From: an uncultured Planctomycetota bacterium
GTDB taxonomy: Bacteria > Planctomycetota > PLA2 > JAEUHO01
Direction: 5' to 3'
Length of the DNA: 64,000 nt
NCBI GenBank assembly: GCA_963752285.1
Contig: CAVVXN010000005.1
Span: forward strand, 2,112,001 to 2,176,000
Position 1 is the first letter of the stretch, and each line of letters opens with the position of its first letter. The notes under the pieces are model-generated. The model was not told the DNA's origin, did not search any database, and saw only the letters and a program-made list of their open reading frames with translations. This document shows positions 8,776 through 20,280 of this stretch, one piece after another. The position numbers and the translations under genes were made by a program.

Positions 8776-10705
8776 CTACAGCTCGTCGATGTGGCGCTGG
8801 CAGCGCGACTCCAGGCCTTCGGCCCACGCCTTCGCCGACGGCTTCACGTCGAGGCCGCCCAGGGCCTCGGTGAGCATCGCGACGATCCGCGCCTCGTCGT
8901 CGCCGGGGTCGAGGCCCTTCTCCGCCTCCGCGGCCATCTGGGCGCCGCCCTTCGCGTCGCCGCCGAGCGCCTTCGCCACCGCGCCGAAGAGCGCGGCCCT
9001 CGCCCAGGCGGGCTCCGTCGTCGCGACCTTCGTGAACGACTCGACGGCCTTGGCGTGGTCGCCCTCGTAGAGGGCCTTCGCGCCGGACTGGAAGACCTCG
9101 ACGGTCGTGTCCCACCCCTCGTCCCTTCCGGGGACCTTCACCTCGACGTTCCCGTCGCCCTTCTTGATCTCCACGGGGTTGAACGGGAACAGGCGGGTCT
9201 TGTCCTTTTCGCAATCCGACTGGCCGAGCATGGCGAGGGAGAAGTACGCCTTCCCGTCCTTCTGCCAGATGTACGGCTGGATGCCCTGGGGCGAGAAGAA
9301 GGCGCCCTCCACGTTCGTGCGGTAGGTCACGTAGCGGCCCATGAACCCCATGGACTTCAGCGTCACGGGCTCCTCGACCCCGCCGTCCGGGACCGTCGCC
9401 GCGGCCACGTGGCCCCTCGCGGCCGTGTGCCGCGCCTCCAGCACGCCCTTCTGGAACGCCGCGGCCTTCGCGCCGAGCGCCTGACGGAGGCGCGCCTCCA
9501 AGAGGAGCAGCAGCTTCTCCTCGTTCCCGCGCGATCCGTCGCCGGCGCCCTCGCCGACCAGCGCTTTTACCTTGTCCGCGTTCCCTTCGAGCGCGTACGT
9601 CTTCTGGAACCACCAGCCGTGGTCCGCGTCGGCCGTCACGTAGCCCCGCGCGGCCGCCGGATCGCCGAGCAGCAGCTCGATCCCCGCGGCGACGGACTTC
9701 TCGTCGGGCGCCACCTTGAGCAGCCGCTGCAACGCGGCCCGCGCCTCCTTCGCGTCGCCGAGGCGGGCGTGCGCGACCGCGAGCGCCGCGGCTCCGTGCG
9801 GGTCCTTTTCCGCGAGGAGGGCCAGGCCCGGGAGCGCCTTCCCGTATTCGCCCTCCCGGAACGCCATCTCGCCCAGCTTGGCCGCGATCACGGACGACTT
9901 GGTGCTCGCGTAGCCGTCGCTCAGGGCCTTCACGGCGTCGGCCGACTTGCCCTCGCGGTCGAGGATGCTCGCGAGCGTCACGACGAAATGCGCGTCGGCG
10001 CGCGCCGCGACCGCCTTCTTCGCCTCCTCCTCCGCCTCTTTGAGCTTCGTGGCGTCGTCCATGGCGAGGTGGAGGAGCGCCCGCGCGGCCGCGTCGTGCA
10101 GGCCCGGCACGTCGTTCGACCCGAGCGCGTCCTCTACGAACTCCAGCGCGCTCTGCGACCGACCCGACTCGATCAGGAGGTCCGCCTTCGTGACGAGCGC
10201 GACCTCGTTCTTCGGGTCCTTGTCGAGGATCTCGGAGAGCACCCGGTCGGCGAGCGCGTCCTCGCCCGTCTTCACGTAGGACCGGGCGAGCTGGACGCGC
10301 GCCTCGATGGACTCGGGGTCCTTCTTCGCGGCGGACTGGAGCAGCGCGAGCCGCTTCGCCGGATCGTCCTCGAACCGGGCGCGCACGAGGTCGAACACGG
10401 CCGACTTCGCGTGCTTCGCCTCCACCTTCGCGACGATCTTGTCCCAGAGGGTCGCCTCGTCCTTGCCGAGGCCGCGCCAGATGCGGACGTAGAGCTCCCA
10501 GTAGTCCGCGCTGAGGGGCTCCTTCGCGCGCGCCTTCGAGATGGCGCTGTACGCCTTCTTGAGGTCGCCCTGCGCGTAGTGATCCTGGGCCTCGTCGTAC
10601 GCCTTCTTGGCCTCGTCCGGCACGTCGTCCGAGCGGGCGAGCGTCGGGACCGATCACCAGGAGCGCGAGCAGCATCGAGAGGGCGGCGAGTCGGTGACGT
10701 CCCAT
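8776..10705 (-). CDS. Secreted TPR-repeat protein (apparent frameshift after signal peptide)
   Basis: TPR-like helical repeats in 8776-10623; RBS GGAGG + ATG 10705 encodes a signal peptide one base out of frame near 10646-10648. Confidence 0.7.
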
Positions 10706-10829
10706 CGTGCGCCTCCGCGAGCATCCGGGGGGTCGAGGGTACCGCGAACGGCGCGTCCCCGCCTCCCCCGGCCTCCGGACGCGGCGGCCGGGCCTTCCCG
10801 TGGCGCCCCGCCTCGGCTTGAATGCGGGC

Positions 10830-12779
10830 ATGGCTCTCCCCACGAACGCGATCGTCTGGCGTCCCGATCCCGACACGGCGGCCCGAACGCGCGTCCACGC
10901 GCTCATGGACCGCGCGGGCGTCGGATCGTGGGAGGCCCTCCACGCGTGGTCCGTGGCGGACGTCGCGCGGTTCTGGGACGTGGCGCTCGAGCATCTCGGA
11001 CTCTCGTGGTACGAGCCGTATGCGACCACCCTCGACCGCTCCGGCGGCTTCCCCTGGGCACGATGGTTCCTGGGCGGCCGGACGAACATCGTCCTGAACT
11101 GCCTGGACCGGCACGTCGCGGCCGGGCACGGCGAGAGGACGGCCGTGGTGGGCGAGGGCGACGACGGCGCGGTCACGACGTGGAGCTACGAGGCGCTGCA
11201 GGAGGTCACGCGGCGCGCGGCCGCTTGCCTCCTCCGCTTCGGGGTGGGCCCCGGCGACCGCGTGGGCATCTACATGCCGATGGTGCCGGAGGTCGTGGCG
11301 GCGCTCTTCGCCTGCTTCCAGGTGGGCGCGGTCGCGGTCCCCGTGTTCTCGGCCTTCGGCGCGGAGGCGCTGGGGGTCCGCCTCCGCGACGCCGGCGCCG
11401 TGCTGCTCTTCACCGCCGACGGCGGGTTCCGCCGCGGAAAGGCCACGCCGATCAAGCCCTCGGCCGACGCGGCGGTCGCGCTCGCGCCGTCGGTCCGGAG
11501 CGTGGTGGTGCTCCGGCGCACGGGCGCGAACGTGCCCATGACCCCGGGACGCGACCACGCGTGGGAGGACGTCGTTCTCTCGGCCGACCCCTCGGCCGCG
11601 ACCGCGCGCCTCGAGGCCGAGGCGCGCGCGATGATCCTCTACACCTCGGGCACGACCGGTCGTCCGAAGGGCACCGTGCACACGCACGCGGGCTGTCTCG
11701 CCACGATGACGAAGGAGCTCGGCTACGCCTTCGACGTCCACGTGGACGACCGCATGTTCTGGCTGACCGACATCGGCTGGATGATGGGTCCCTGGGAGAT
11801 GATCGGCGTGACGTCGCTCGGCGGGAGCCTCGTCGTCTACGAGGGCGCGCCCAACTGGCCGCGGCCCGACCGGCTCTTCGAGATGGTGGCGCGGCACCGG
11901 ATCACGATCCTGGGCGTCGCCCCGACCGCGGTGCGCCTCCTCCGCACCGCGGGCGACGACCTCGCGGAGCGCCACGACCTCTCGAGCTTGCGGATCCTCG
12001 GCTCGACGGGCGAGCCCTGGGACCCCGACTCCTGGACGTGGTTCCTCGAACGGGTCGGCCGGCGGCGGTGCCCCATCATCAACATCAGCGGCGGAACGGA
12101 GATGGTCGGCTGCCTGCTCTCGCCGACGCCCGTGAACGCGCTCAAGCCCTGCACGCTGCGGGGCCCGGGCCTCGGGATGGACGTGGACGTCTTCGACGAC
12201 GACGGCCGACCCATCCGCGAGGGGATCGGCCACCTCGTCCTGAAGCAGCCCGCGCCGAGCCTCACGAAGTCGTTCCTGAACGACGACGCGCGGTACCTCG
12301 AGACCTACTTCGCCCGGTTCGGCGACGAGGTCTGGTACCACGGCGACTGGGCGCACGTGGACGCCGACGGCTACTGGTTCCTGCACGGGCGTAGCGACGA
12401 CACGGTGAACGTCGCGGGGAAGCGCGTGGGCCCGGCCGAGGTCGAGGCCGCCGTCATCGCACACCCGGACGCCAGCGAGGCCGCGGCGGTCGGCGTCCCC
12501 GACCCGATCAAGGGCGAGACGATCGTCGTGTTCGTCGTGCTGAAGCCCGGTCGAGCGGAGTCGGAGGATCTTCGCGCGGCGCTCTCCGACGCGGTGGTGG
12601 GCGTGCTCGGCAAGACCCTCCGCCCGAAGGAGGTGCGCTTCGTGGACGACCTTCCCAAGACGCGCTCGGCGAAGATCGTCCGGGGCGCGATCCGCCGGCG
12701 CTGGCTCGGCGAGTCGGTGGGCGACCTCCAGAGCGTCCAGAACCCCGAGGCGTTGGACGCCGTCGCGCGCGCGCGGTAG
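10830..12779 (+). CDS. Acetate/short-chain acyl-CoA ligase (AMP-forming)
   Basis: YTSGTTGRPKG, TDIGWMMG, STGEP, GRSDD, LPKTRSAKI. Confidence 0.9.
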   Translation: MALPTNAIVWRPDPDTAARTRVHALMDRAGVGSWEALHAWSVADVARFWDVALEHLGLSWYEPYATTLDRSGGFPWARWFLGGRTNIVLNCLDRHVAAGHGERTAVVGEGDDGAVTTWSYEALQEVTRRAAACLLRFGVGPGDRVGIYMPMVPEVVAALFACFQVGAVAVPVFSAFGAEALGVRLRDAGAVLLFTADGGFRRGKATPIKPSADAAVALAPSVRSVVVLRRTGANVPMTPGRDHAWEDVVLSADPSAATARLEAEARAMILYTSGTTGRPKGTVHTHAGCLATMTKELGYAFDVHVDDRMFWLTDIGWMMGPWEMIGVTSLGGSLVVYEGAPNWPRPDRLFEMVARHRITILGVAPTAVRLLRTAGDDLAERHDLSSLRILGSTGEPWDPDSWTWFLERVGRRRCPIINISGGTEMVGCLLSPTPVNALKPCTLRGPGLGMDVDVFDDDGRPIREGIGHLVLKQPAPSLTKSFLNDDARYLETYFARFGDEVWYHGDWAHVDADGYWFLHGRSDDTVNVAGKRVGPAEVEAAVIAHPDASEAAAVGVPDPIKGETIVVFVVLKPGRAESEDLRAALSDAVVGVLGKTLRPKEVRFVDDLPKTRSAKIVRGAIRRRWLGESVGDLQSVQNPEALDAVARAR

Positions 12780-12808
12780 GTCGCCCGGCGCCCGCGGCCC
12801 GGCGACCG

Positions 12809-13648
12809 CTACCCGGCGGGCAGCACACGATCGGTCGCGAAGGGGCTCGCACGCCGCCAGGCCGCCTCGGGCAGGAGGAGCGCCGCGTTCCGCTCCTTCG
12901 CGAGCGGGTCGGGCCGCGCGAGGATGGCCACGTGGTAGGGCGTCATCACGTCGAGGGCCTCCACGGCGAACCCGACCTCGTCGAGCGCCTCGATCACGAG
13001 CGCCGTGTCGAACACGTGGTGGTGCATGGCGCGGACGCGCGCGTTGTCACGGCACCGGGCGGCGAACGCCTCGGGCCCGCCCGCGGCGCGGTCGCGCGCG
13101 TGGTCGTGGAGGCGCAGGATCTCGTCGAGGTGCGTCATGTCGTCCTCGCCCGTCGCCTGCGACAGGTCGTCCAGGAGGTGCGCCATGCCGGTGACGGGAC
13201 GACGATGGTCGAAGGTCCCGTCGCGGTGCGGGACCACCAGCACGAGTCGGCCGTCGGCGGAGAGGACCCGCCTCCAGGCGCCCAGGGCCTGGAGCGGGTT
13301 GGCGAGGTGCTCGAGCACGTGGGACGCGAGCACGGCCTCGGCCTCGCCGTCCTCCAGGCCCGCGAGGTCGCCCGCCTCCATGACGAGGTCCCGTCCCGAG
13401 GGCCGGCCGTGGGGGTCGGCGCCCTTGCGCGCCGCGCCGGGTTCGTGCTCGGGATGCCAGAGCGTCGCGGCCGCGTGTTCCACGCGGTCGAGAGAGGCGA
13501 GCACGGGATAGAGCGGGATCCGGCCCCGGCGGCTGTAGATCCGGCTGGGCCCTCCGATCTCGAGCGCGCGGCGACCCGCCAGCGCCGCACGGGTCGGGGC
13601 GGCGATCCGGGAACGGCGGCCCAGCACTCGGCGCCAGAGGCCTCGCAT
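12809..13648 (-). CDS. Class I SAM-dependent methyltransferase-domain protein
   Basis: LEIGG, ASHVLEHLANP...W.RVL..G.LVLVVP. Confidence 0.75.
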   Translation of the reverse strand: MRGLWRRVLGRRSRIAAPTRAALAGRRALEIGGPSRIYSRRGRIPLYPVLASLDRVEHAAATLWHPEHEPGAARKGADPHGRPSGRDLVMEAGDLAGLEDGEAEAVLASHVLEHLANPLQALGAWRRVLSADGRLVLVVPHRDGTFDHRRPVTGMAHLLDDLSQATGEDDMTHLDEILRLHDHARDRAAGGPEAFAARCRDNARVRAMHHHVFDTALVIEALDEVGFAVEALDVMTPYHVAILARPDPLAKERNAALLLPEAAWRRASPFATDRVLPAG

Positions 13649-13762
13649 CACGGGGGAGATGGTACGGGTGCGCTCGGGTGTCTCGCCCGGGCCGTGGCGC
13701 GATGGCCCTCGGCGCCCCGAAGTTCCCTCGTCGGGGCGACCGACCCCCGGGATGATCCCCGC

Positions 13763-14275
13763 GTGTCGATCGAGATCCACGTCCCCACGACCCGAACCCT
13801 CGCGGGCGCGGTCCACGCGCTGCTCGACCGCCTCCTCGGCTCGGGCTTCGGCTTCATCGACCGACCCGAGACGTCGTACCTCCTCGTCGAGCTCACGAAC
13901 GTGGACGGCGAGGAGTGGCCGAAGCGGGTGCCCGAGGACACGAGCGCCCAGGAGCTCACGGACGCCATCAAGGCCGACCGCCGGATCGTGCGCGTGAAGA
14001 TCGAGCTCCGACTCGGGAGCTTCCTCCTCTTCCCCGGGTTCGTGATCCTCTGTCGGCCCGACGAGTTCGAGGACTTCGAGGAAGACGCGCGCGCGCGGCA
14101 GATCATCGGCCGCGAGTCGCTCGAGCTCGCCCACGCGTTCCAGGCGCCCGAGCTGATCGTGGCGGGCGACGCCGCCTCGGACTTCCTCGGCACCGAGACC
14201 ACGACGTGGGAGGGATTGAAGGAGCTCCTGGAGGAGGAGGAGATCCCCCACCGCGTGATCACCCTCCCCGGTTGA
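13763..14275 (+). CDS. Hypothetical protein
   Basis: GTG-started ORF with host-like codon usage filling the gap before metG. Confidence 0.6.
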   Translation: MSIEIHVPTTRTLAGAVHALLDRLLGSGFGFIDRPETSYLLVELTNVDGEEWPKRVPEDTSAQELTDAIKADRRIVRVKIELRLGSFLLFPGFVILCRPDEFEDFEEDARARQIIGRESLELAHAFQAPELIVAGDAASDFLGTETTTWEGLKELLEEEEIPHRVITLPG

Positions 14276-14384
14276 GCCGCTCGGAGCCGGGATGGCGCGG
14301 CTCGTCCCGGCGACGCGTGTGCGCGAGGGCGTGCGGTGGACCCCATCGCCGTGCGGCCGGGAGGTGCGGATAGGATCTCGCCCC

Positions 14385-16010
14385 ATGGCCGACCCGCGAA
14401 TCCTCGTCACGAGCGCGCTCCCGTACGCGAACGGGCCGATCCACATCGGACACCTCGTGGAGCACGTCCAGACCGACGTGTGGGCGCGATTCCAGCGTCT
14501 CCAGGGGAAGCGGTGCGTCGCGCTCTGCGCCGACGACACGCACGGAACGGCCACCATGATCCGCGCGCGGCGCGAGGGCCGTCCCGAGACCGAGCTGATC
14601 GAAGAGACGAACCTCGCCCACCAGCGCGACCTCGCGGCGTTCGACGTCGTCTACGACTGGTACTCGAGCACGAACTCCGAGACGAACCGGGCGCTCTGCC
14701 ACCGCGTCTGGCGCTCGCTCACGGACGCGGGCATGGTCGTCCGGCGCGACGTCGAGCAGCTCTTCGACCCGAAGGAGGGCATCTTCCTCGCGGACCGCTT
14801 CGTGAAGGGGACGTGCCCGCGCTGCAAGTCGCCCGACCAGAACGGCGACTCGTGCGAGGTCTGCGGATCGACGTACTCCGCCGCCGAGGTCATCGACCCC
14901 GTGAGCGTCTACTCGGGGGCGACGCCCGAGCGGCGGAGCCACGAGCACGTGTTCGTCCGGATCGAGGACCTCCACGACTTCCTCGCGGGCTGGGTGCGCG
15001 GGGACGACCACCTGCAGCCCGAGATCGCGAACTTCCTCGAGGCGAACTTCCTCGGCGAGCCGCTCCGCGACTGGGACGTCTCCCGTCCGGCTCCCTACTT
15101 CGGCTTCGAGATCCCGGACGCGCCGGGAAACTACTGGTACGTGTGGTACGACGCGCCACTCGGGTACGTGGCGACGACCAAGGACTGGTGTGCGCAGGCG
15201 GGCGAGCGCTTCGAGGACTGGTGGGGCCCCGAGACCGAGATCCGGCACTTCATCGGCAAGGACATCGTCTACTTCCACACCCTCTTCTGGCCGTCCATGC
15301 TCCGGACCGCGGACCTCGCGCTGCCGAATCGCGTGCAGGTCCACGGGTTCTTGACCGTCGGCGGCGGGAAGATGTCGAAGTCGAAGGGGGCGCTGGTCAC
15401 GGCCGAGGCGTTCGCCCGGGAGGTCGACCCGGCCGCGCTCCGCTACTTCTACGCGAGCAAGCTGACCTCCGGCGTGGACGACGTCGCGCTCGATCCCGAC
15501 GAGCTCGCGGCGAAGGTCAACAGCGACCTCGTGGGAAAGGTCGTGAACCTCGCGAGCCGCACGGCCCGCTTCGTCGCAACGACGGGCCTGTCGTCGGTCT
15601 GGCCGTCCGACGACGGCCTCTTCGCGCGCGCTGCGGACGAGGGGGACGCCGTGGCCGAGGCGTACGCGCGCTGCGACACGGCCCGCGCGATGCGCACCGT
15701 GATGGCGATGGCGGACCGCGCCAACGTGTACGTCGAGCAGAAGGAGCCCTGGCGCCTCAAGAAGGAGCCGGGCCGCGAGAAGGAGGTCCAGGACGTCTCC
15801 ACGGTCGCCCTGAACCTGTTCCGACAAATCGCCGTCTACCTCGCGCCCGTCCTCCCCCGTCTCGCGGAGCAGACGGGGCGCCTGCTCGGCCGCCCGATCG
15901 AGCGTTTCGCCGAGTCGAAGACCCCCCTCCTCGGATCACCGGTAGCCCGCTTCGAGCCGATGTTCCAACGCCTCGAGCCCAAAACGATCCGAGCGCTCCT
16001 CGCCCCCTGA
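14385..16010 (+). CDS. metG: Methionine--tRNA ligase (no C-terminal tRNA-binding domain)
   Basis: [23 protein letters not shown] Zn knuckle, YVWYDA, KMSKS. Confidence 0.97.
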   Translation: MADPRILVTSALPYANGPIHIGHLVEHVQTDVWARFQRLQGKRCVALCADDTHGTATMIRARREGRPETELIEETNLAHQRDLAAFDVVYDWYSSTNSETNRALCHRVWRSLTDAGMVVRRDVEQLFDPKEGIFLADRFVKGTCPRCKSPDQNGDSCEVCGSTYSAAEVIDPVSVYSGATPERRSHEHVFVRIEDLHDFLAGWVRGDDHLQPEIANFLEANFLGEPLRDWDVSRPAPYFGFEIPDAPGNYWYVWYDAPLGYVATTKDWCAQAGERFEDWWGPETEIRHFIGKDIVYFHTLFWPSMLRTADLALPNRVQVHGFLTVGGGKMSKSKGALVTAEAFAREVDPAALRYFYASKLTSGVDDVALDPDELAAKVNSDLVGKVVNLASRTARFVATTGLSSVWPSDDGLFARAADEGDAVAEAYARCDTARAMRTVMAMADRANVYVEQKEPWRLKKEPGREKEVQDVSTVALNLFRQIAVYLAPVLPRLAEQTGRLLGRPIERFAESKTPLLGSPVARFEPMFQRLEPKTIRALLAP

Positions 16011-16025
16011 CCCCGAGGCCCCCCC

Positions 16026-16337
16026 GCGACGCGGCCCCGCCAAAGGCGGGCCCGCGAGCCCCCCCCGCCGCGCCCCCTCCCCGCGATGCGGCCCCGCCAA
16101 AGGCGGGCCCGCGAGCCCCCCGCGACGCCGCCCCCCCGCCAGCGATGCGGCCCCGCCAAAGGCGGGCCCGCGAGCCCCCCGCACGCCGCCCCCCGCGATG
16201 CGGCCCCGCCCAAGGCGGGCCCGCGAGCCCGCACCCGCCGCGCCCCCCCGCGATGCGGCCCCGCCGAAGGCGGGCCCGCGAGCCCACCCGCCGCGCCCCC
16301 CGCGATGCGGCCCCGCCGAAGGCGGGCCCGCGAGCCC
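16026..16337. repeat. Six-copy palindromic (REP/BIME-like) array between convergent genes
   Basis: 36-bp core GCGAYGCGGCCCCGCCNAAGGCGGGCCCGCGAGCCC at 16026, 16083, 16142, 16195, 16250, 16302. Confidence 0.9.
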
Positions 16338-16446
16338 CCCCCGCGCCCGCACGCCATCGGGTCGCTGAGGGGCCAAAGGAGTGGTCATGACGACGACGCC
16401 GCGTGCGAATGCACGCAAGGAGGAGGAAGGGCCGCGAACTGGCCCC

Positions 16447-17631
16447 TCAGCGACCCGAGCCGTCGCGGTCTAGGAAACGGGTGATGAGAAGGCGCTGAAT
16501 CTCGCTAGTCCCCTCCCCAATCTCACAAAGCTTCGCGTCCCGGAAAATCCGCTCGACCGGCGTGTCGCGCGTGAAGCCCATCCCACCGAGCACCTGGATC
16601 GCGCCGTGGGCCGCACGCATCGCGGCCTCGCTCGCGAAGAGCTTCGCGTAGGACGCGTTCCGCGCATACGGGAGCCCGTGGTCCTTGCGCCAGGCGGCCT
16701 CGTACACGAGGTTCCGCGCGGCCTGGATCTCGACCGCCATGTCGGCCAGTCGGTGACCGACCTGCTGCATGTCGATCAGGCGTTCGCCGAACTGCCGGCG
16801 CTCCCGCGCGTACGGGAGGGCCACGTCGAGCGCGCCCTGCGCGAGGCCGAGCGCCATGGCGCCGATCGAGATGCGCCCCCCCTCGAGCGTCTTCATGAAC
16901 GCGACGAAGCCCTCGCCGGGGTCGCCGAGCCGGTTCTCCTTGGGGATCTCGCAGTCCTGGAAGAAGAGCTCGCGCGTGTCGGAGCCGCGGAGGCCGAGCT
17001 TGTCCTCGAGCTTGCCATACACGAGCCCGGGCGTGCCCTTCTCGACCACGAACGCGCTGATCTGGTCGGTGTCGCCGACCTCGCCTCCGGTGCGCGCCGT
17101 GAACGTGATGACGCCCGCGTGCGTGCCGTTCGTGCAGTAGAGCTTCGAGCCGTTGACCACCCAGTGGTCGCCCGCGTCCCGCGCGGTGGTCCGGGTCGCC
17201 TTCGCGTCGGAGCCCGCCTCGGGCTCGGTCAGGCCGAAGGCGGCGAGCATCTCGCCCGAGGCGAGGCGCGGCACCCACCTTTGCCGCTGCGCCTCGGTCC
17301 CGAAGTGGAAGATCGGACCCGTGCCGAGCGACGTGTGCGCCGCGACGGTGATGCCGGTCGTGCCGCAGACGCGCGAGAGCTCCTCGACCACGATCGAGTA
17401 CGCGACGTAGTCGAGGCCGGCTCCCCCCACGTCCTCGGGGAACGGGACCCCGAGCAGCCCGAGCTCGGCGAGCTTCGGGATCGTCTCGTGCGGAAACCGC
17501 TTCTCCTCGTCGAGCGTGGCGGCGAGGGGCGCGACCTCGGCCAGGGCGAAGTCCCGCACCATCCGGCGGACCTCGACGTGCTCTTCGGTGAGGAAGGGGC
17601 TCGGCGTGCTGGCCACGTCGGCGATCGTCAT
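16447..17631 (-). CDS. Acyl-CoA dehydrogenase
   Basis: [41 protein letters not shown]. Confidence 0.95.
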   Translation of the reverse strand: MTIADVASTPSPFLTEEHVEVRRMVRDFALAEVAPLAATLDEEKRFPHETIPKLAELGLLGVPFPEDVGGAGLDYVAYSIVVEELSRVCGTTGITVAAHTSLGTGPIFHFGTEAQRQRWVPRLASGEMLAAFGLTEPEAGSDAKATRTTARDAGDHWVVNGSKLYCTNGTHAGVITFTARTGGEVGDTDQISAFVVEKGTPGLVYGKLEDKLGLRGSDTRELFFQDCEIPKENRLGDPGEGFVAFMKTLEGGRISIGAMALGLAQGALDVALPYARERRQFGERLIDMQQVGHRLADMAVEIQAARNLVYEAAWRKDHGLPYARNASYAKLFASEAAMRAAHGAIQVLGGMGFTRDTPVERIFRDAKLCEIGEGTSEIQRLLITRFLDRDGSGR

Positions 17632-18077
17632 CCGACCGGTCTCCTTCCGGGGTCGTCCCCGCCACGGCGTCTCTGGACCACGGCCTCGCGGATCCAGCGG
17701 GCGACCTCGGCCAGGGGCGTCCCGGGACCGAAGAGTCGTCCGACGCCGTGCTCCCGGAGCGCCTGGGCGTCGGCCTCGGGGATGATACCGCCCCCCGTCA
17801 GGAGGATCGCCTCCGCGCCCTGCTGCACCAGGAGGTCGTGGACGCGCGGGAAGATCGTCATGTGGGCCCCGGAGTGGACCGAGAGGCCGATCACGTCCAC
17901 GTCCTCCTGGAGGGCCGCCTCGACGATCATCTCGGGCGTCTGCCGCAGGCCCGTGTAGATCACCTCGAAGCCCGCGTCGCGAAGCCCCGCCGCGACGACC
18001 TTCGCGCCGCGGTCGTGCCCGTCGAGCCCCGCCTTCGCCACGAGGACGCGGATGGGTCGCTCGTCGCCCGCGCTCAT
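17628..18077 (-). CDS. Stand-alone cobalamin-binding subunit of an acyl-CoA mutase
   Basis: [15 protein letters not shown] (DxHxxG), [14 protein letters not shown]. Confidence 0.93.
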   Translation of the reverse strand: MSAGDERPIRVLVAKAGLDGHDRGAKVVAAGLRDAGFEVIYTGLRQTPEMIVEAALQEDVDVIGLSVHSGAHMTIFPRVHDLLVQQGAEAILLTGGGIIPEADAQALREHGVGRLFGPGTPLAEVARWIREAVVQRRRGGDDPGRRPVG

Positions 18078-19021
18078 CGTCCCTCCTCCTCGAGCAGCGA
18101 CCGCGCGGCGCCGCGCGGCGTCACGTCCCCCGAGAGGACGCGCTCGGCCCACCGGTCGAGGGCCACGTCGCCGTGCCCCCAGAACCGCTCGGCCCGCGCG
18201 CGGTCCACGGCCGCACGGATCCGGTGACGCGCCCGCGAGAGACGGCGGGGCCGAAGGTCGGCCGCCTCGGCGCCGAGCACGCGACGGTCGATCGCCTCCA
18301 AGAGCGCCGCGACGCCCTCGCCCGTGGTCGCGACGGTTAGGAGCACCGGCGGCGGCTCCCGGTCCGCGAGGCCGAGGCCCGAGCGAAGCGTGTTCACCAT
18401 GCGCTCCGCGCCCTCGCGGTCGGCCTGGTTCACGACGATCAGGTCCGCGGCCTCGAGGAGGCCGGCCTTCATGGCCTGGACCTCGTCGCCGCCACCGGGC
18501 GCGAGCACGAGCACCGTCGTGTCGGCCGCGCGCGCGATCTCGACCTCGGCCTGGCCGACGCCGACCGTCTCGATCAGGACGGGGTCGAAGCCCGCGGCCT
18601 CGAGGACGTCCGCGAGGTCCTCGGTCGCGGCGCTGAGCCCGCCGAACGCGCCGCGGGTCGCGAGGGAGCGCACGAAGACGTCGGGGTCGCCGGCGAGGTC
18701 GCCGAGGCGCACGCGGTCGCCGAGGAGCGCACCGCCCCGAAAGGGGCTCGTCGGGTCCACGGCGAGGACGCCGACCCGCCGGCCGAGCCCGCGCCACGAG
18801 ACGGCGAGGCGTCCGAGGAGCGTGGACTTCCCCACACCCGGCGGCCCGGTCACCCCCACGCGGTGCGCGGGCGCCCGCCCGACGCGGAGGGCGTCGAGGA
18901 GCGCCGCGCCTTCGTCCGCGTCGTTCTCGACGACGGTCAGCGCGCGGGCGAGCGCGCGGAGGTCCCGCGCGAGCACGGCCCGGGCGAGGCTCTCGGGCGT
19001 CGTCTCGCCGCGGCCGCCCAT
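18074..19021 (-). CDS. meaB: Mutase-associated GTPase MeaB/ArgK
   Basis: [52 protein letters not shown]. Confidence 0.93.
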   Translation of the reverse strand: MGGRGETTPESLARAVLARDLRALARALTVVENDADEGAALLDALRVGRAPAHRVGVTGPPGVGKSTLLGRLAVSWRGLGRRVGVLAVDPTSPFRGGALLGDRVRLGDLAGDPDVFVRSLATRGAFGGLSAATEDLADVLEAAGFDPVLIETVGVGQAEVEIARAADTTVLVLAPGGGDEVQAMKAGLLEAADLIVVNQADREGAERMVNTLRSGLGLADREPPPVLLTVATTGEGVAALLEAIDRRVLGAEAADLRPRRLSRARHRIRAAVDRARAERFWGHGDVALDRWAERVLSGDVTPRGAARSLLEEEGR

Positions 19022-20169
19022 CAGTCCCGGAGGTACGAGCGCGCGATCACGAGGCGCTGGATCTCGGTCGTGCCCTCGTAGATCTCGGTGACCCGCGCGT
19101 CGCGAAAGTAGCGCTCGACGGGCCACTCTCGCGTGTAGCCCGCGCCCCCGAAGATCTGAACCGCCTCCTTCGCGCAGAAGTTCGCGGTGGTCGAGGCGGC
19201 GAGCTTGGCCATGGCCGCCTCGCGGGCGTGCTTCTGTCCCTGGTCCTTCATCCACGCGGCGCGGTACGTCAAGAGGCGGGCGGCCTCGAGGCGCGTCGCC
19301 ATCTCCGCGATCTTCATCTGGATCGCGCCGAAGCTCCCGATCGGCTCGCCGAACTGCTGGCGCTCCTTCGCGTACCGGATCGACGCGTCGAGGCAGGCGT
19401 CGGCGATGCCGACGGCCTGGGACGCGATCCCGATCCGGCCCCCGTCGAGGAGCGAGAGGGCGATCCGGAAGCCGCGGTCCAGCTCGCCGAGGACGTTCTC
19501 GGCCGGGACCCGGAGGCCGTCCAGGTGGATCTCGACGGTGTTGGAGCCGCGGATGCCGAGCTTCTTCTCCTTCTTGCCCGGCCGGTAGCCCTCCCAGGTG
19601 GTCTCGACGAGGAAGGCCGTCACCCCGTCGTTCCCCCCGTCCGGGTCGGTCCGCGCGAAGACCACGGTCAGGTTCGCGACGTCGCCGTGCGAGATCCAGA
19701 GCTTCGCCCCGTCGAGGACGTAGCCCCCGTTCCCGTCGGGCGTCGCGCGGCAGCGGAGGGAGCCCGCGTCGGAGCCCGAGCCCGCCTCCGAGAGCGCGTA
19801 CGCCCCGAGCCACTCGCCGTTCGCGAGGCGCGGGAGGTAGCGCTGTTTCTGCTCCTCGGTCCCGAAGCGGACCACGCTCTCGCACGCGAGGCTGTTGTGG
19901 ACGGACACGGTGACGCCCGTGCTCGCGCAGGCGCGGTTCAGCTCCACGAGGACGATCGACGACGCGAGCGCGCCGAGCTCGGTCCCGCCGTACGCCTCCG
20001 GCACCGACATCCCGAGGAAGCCCTGCTCCGCGCAGAGACGCACCGACTCGGCGACGTGCGTCTCCTCCGCGTCCGCCTTCGCGGCGCGGGGGGCCAGCTC
20101 CTCCGTCGCGAACGCGCGCGCCGCGTCCCGGAGGAGGACCAGGTCCTCGGAGAGGTCGAACTCCATCAT
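19021..20169 (-). CDS. Acyl-CoA dehydrogenase
   Basis: [36 protein letters not shown]. Confidence 0.95.
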   Translation of the reverse strand: MMEFDLSEDLVLLRDAARAFATEELAPRAAKADAEETHVAESVRLCAEQGFLGMSVPEAYGGTELGALASSIVLVELNRACASTGVTVSVHNSLACESVVRFGTEEQKQRYLPRLANGEWLGAYALSEAGSGSDAGSLRCRATPDGNGGYVLDGAKLWISHGDVANLTVVFARTDPDGGNDGVTAFLVETTWEGYRPGKKEKKLGIRGSNTVEIHLDGLRVPAENVLGELDRGFRIALSLLDGGRIGIASQAVGIADACLDASIRYAKERQQFGEPIGSFGAIQMKIAEMATRLEAARLLTYRAAWMKDQGQKHAREAAMAKLAASTTANFCAKEAVQIFGGAGYTREWPVERYFRDARVTEIYEGTTEIQRLVIARSYLRD

Positions 20170-20280
20170 GGTCTCCGGCGGGGCGGGTCGGGCCCCGGTG
20201 GCCAAAGGGTACGGGGCCCCACGACCGGGCCCCACCGCGGGTCGGGGCCCTCCCCGCGGGAGCGTGGTAGGGGGAGGCGC

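Noticed and set aside
16026..16337. CRISPR interpretation of the 36-bp palindromic array
   Set aside because: Linkers are only 16-23 bp, C-rich and similar to each other; no leader or cas genes
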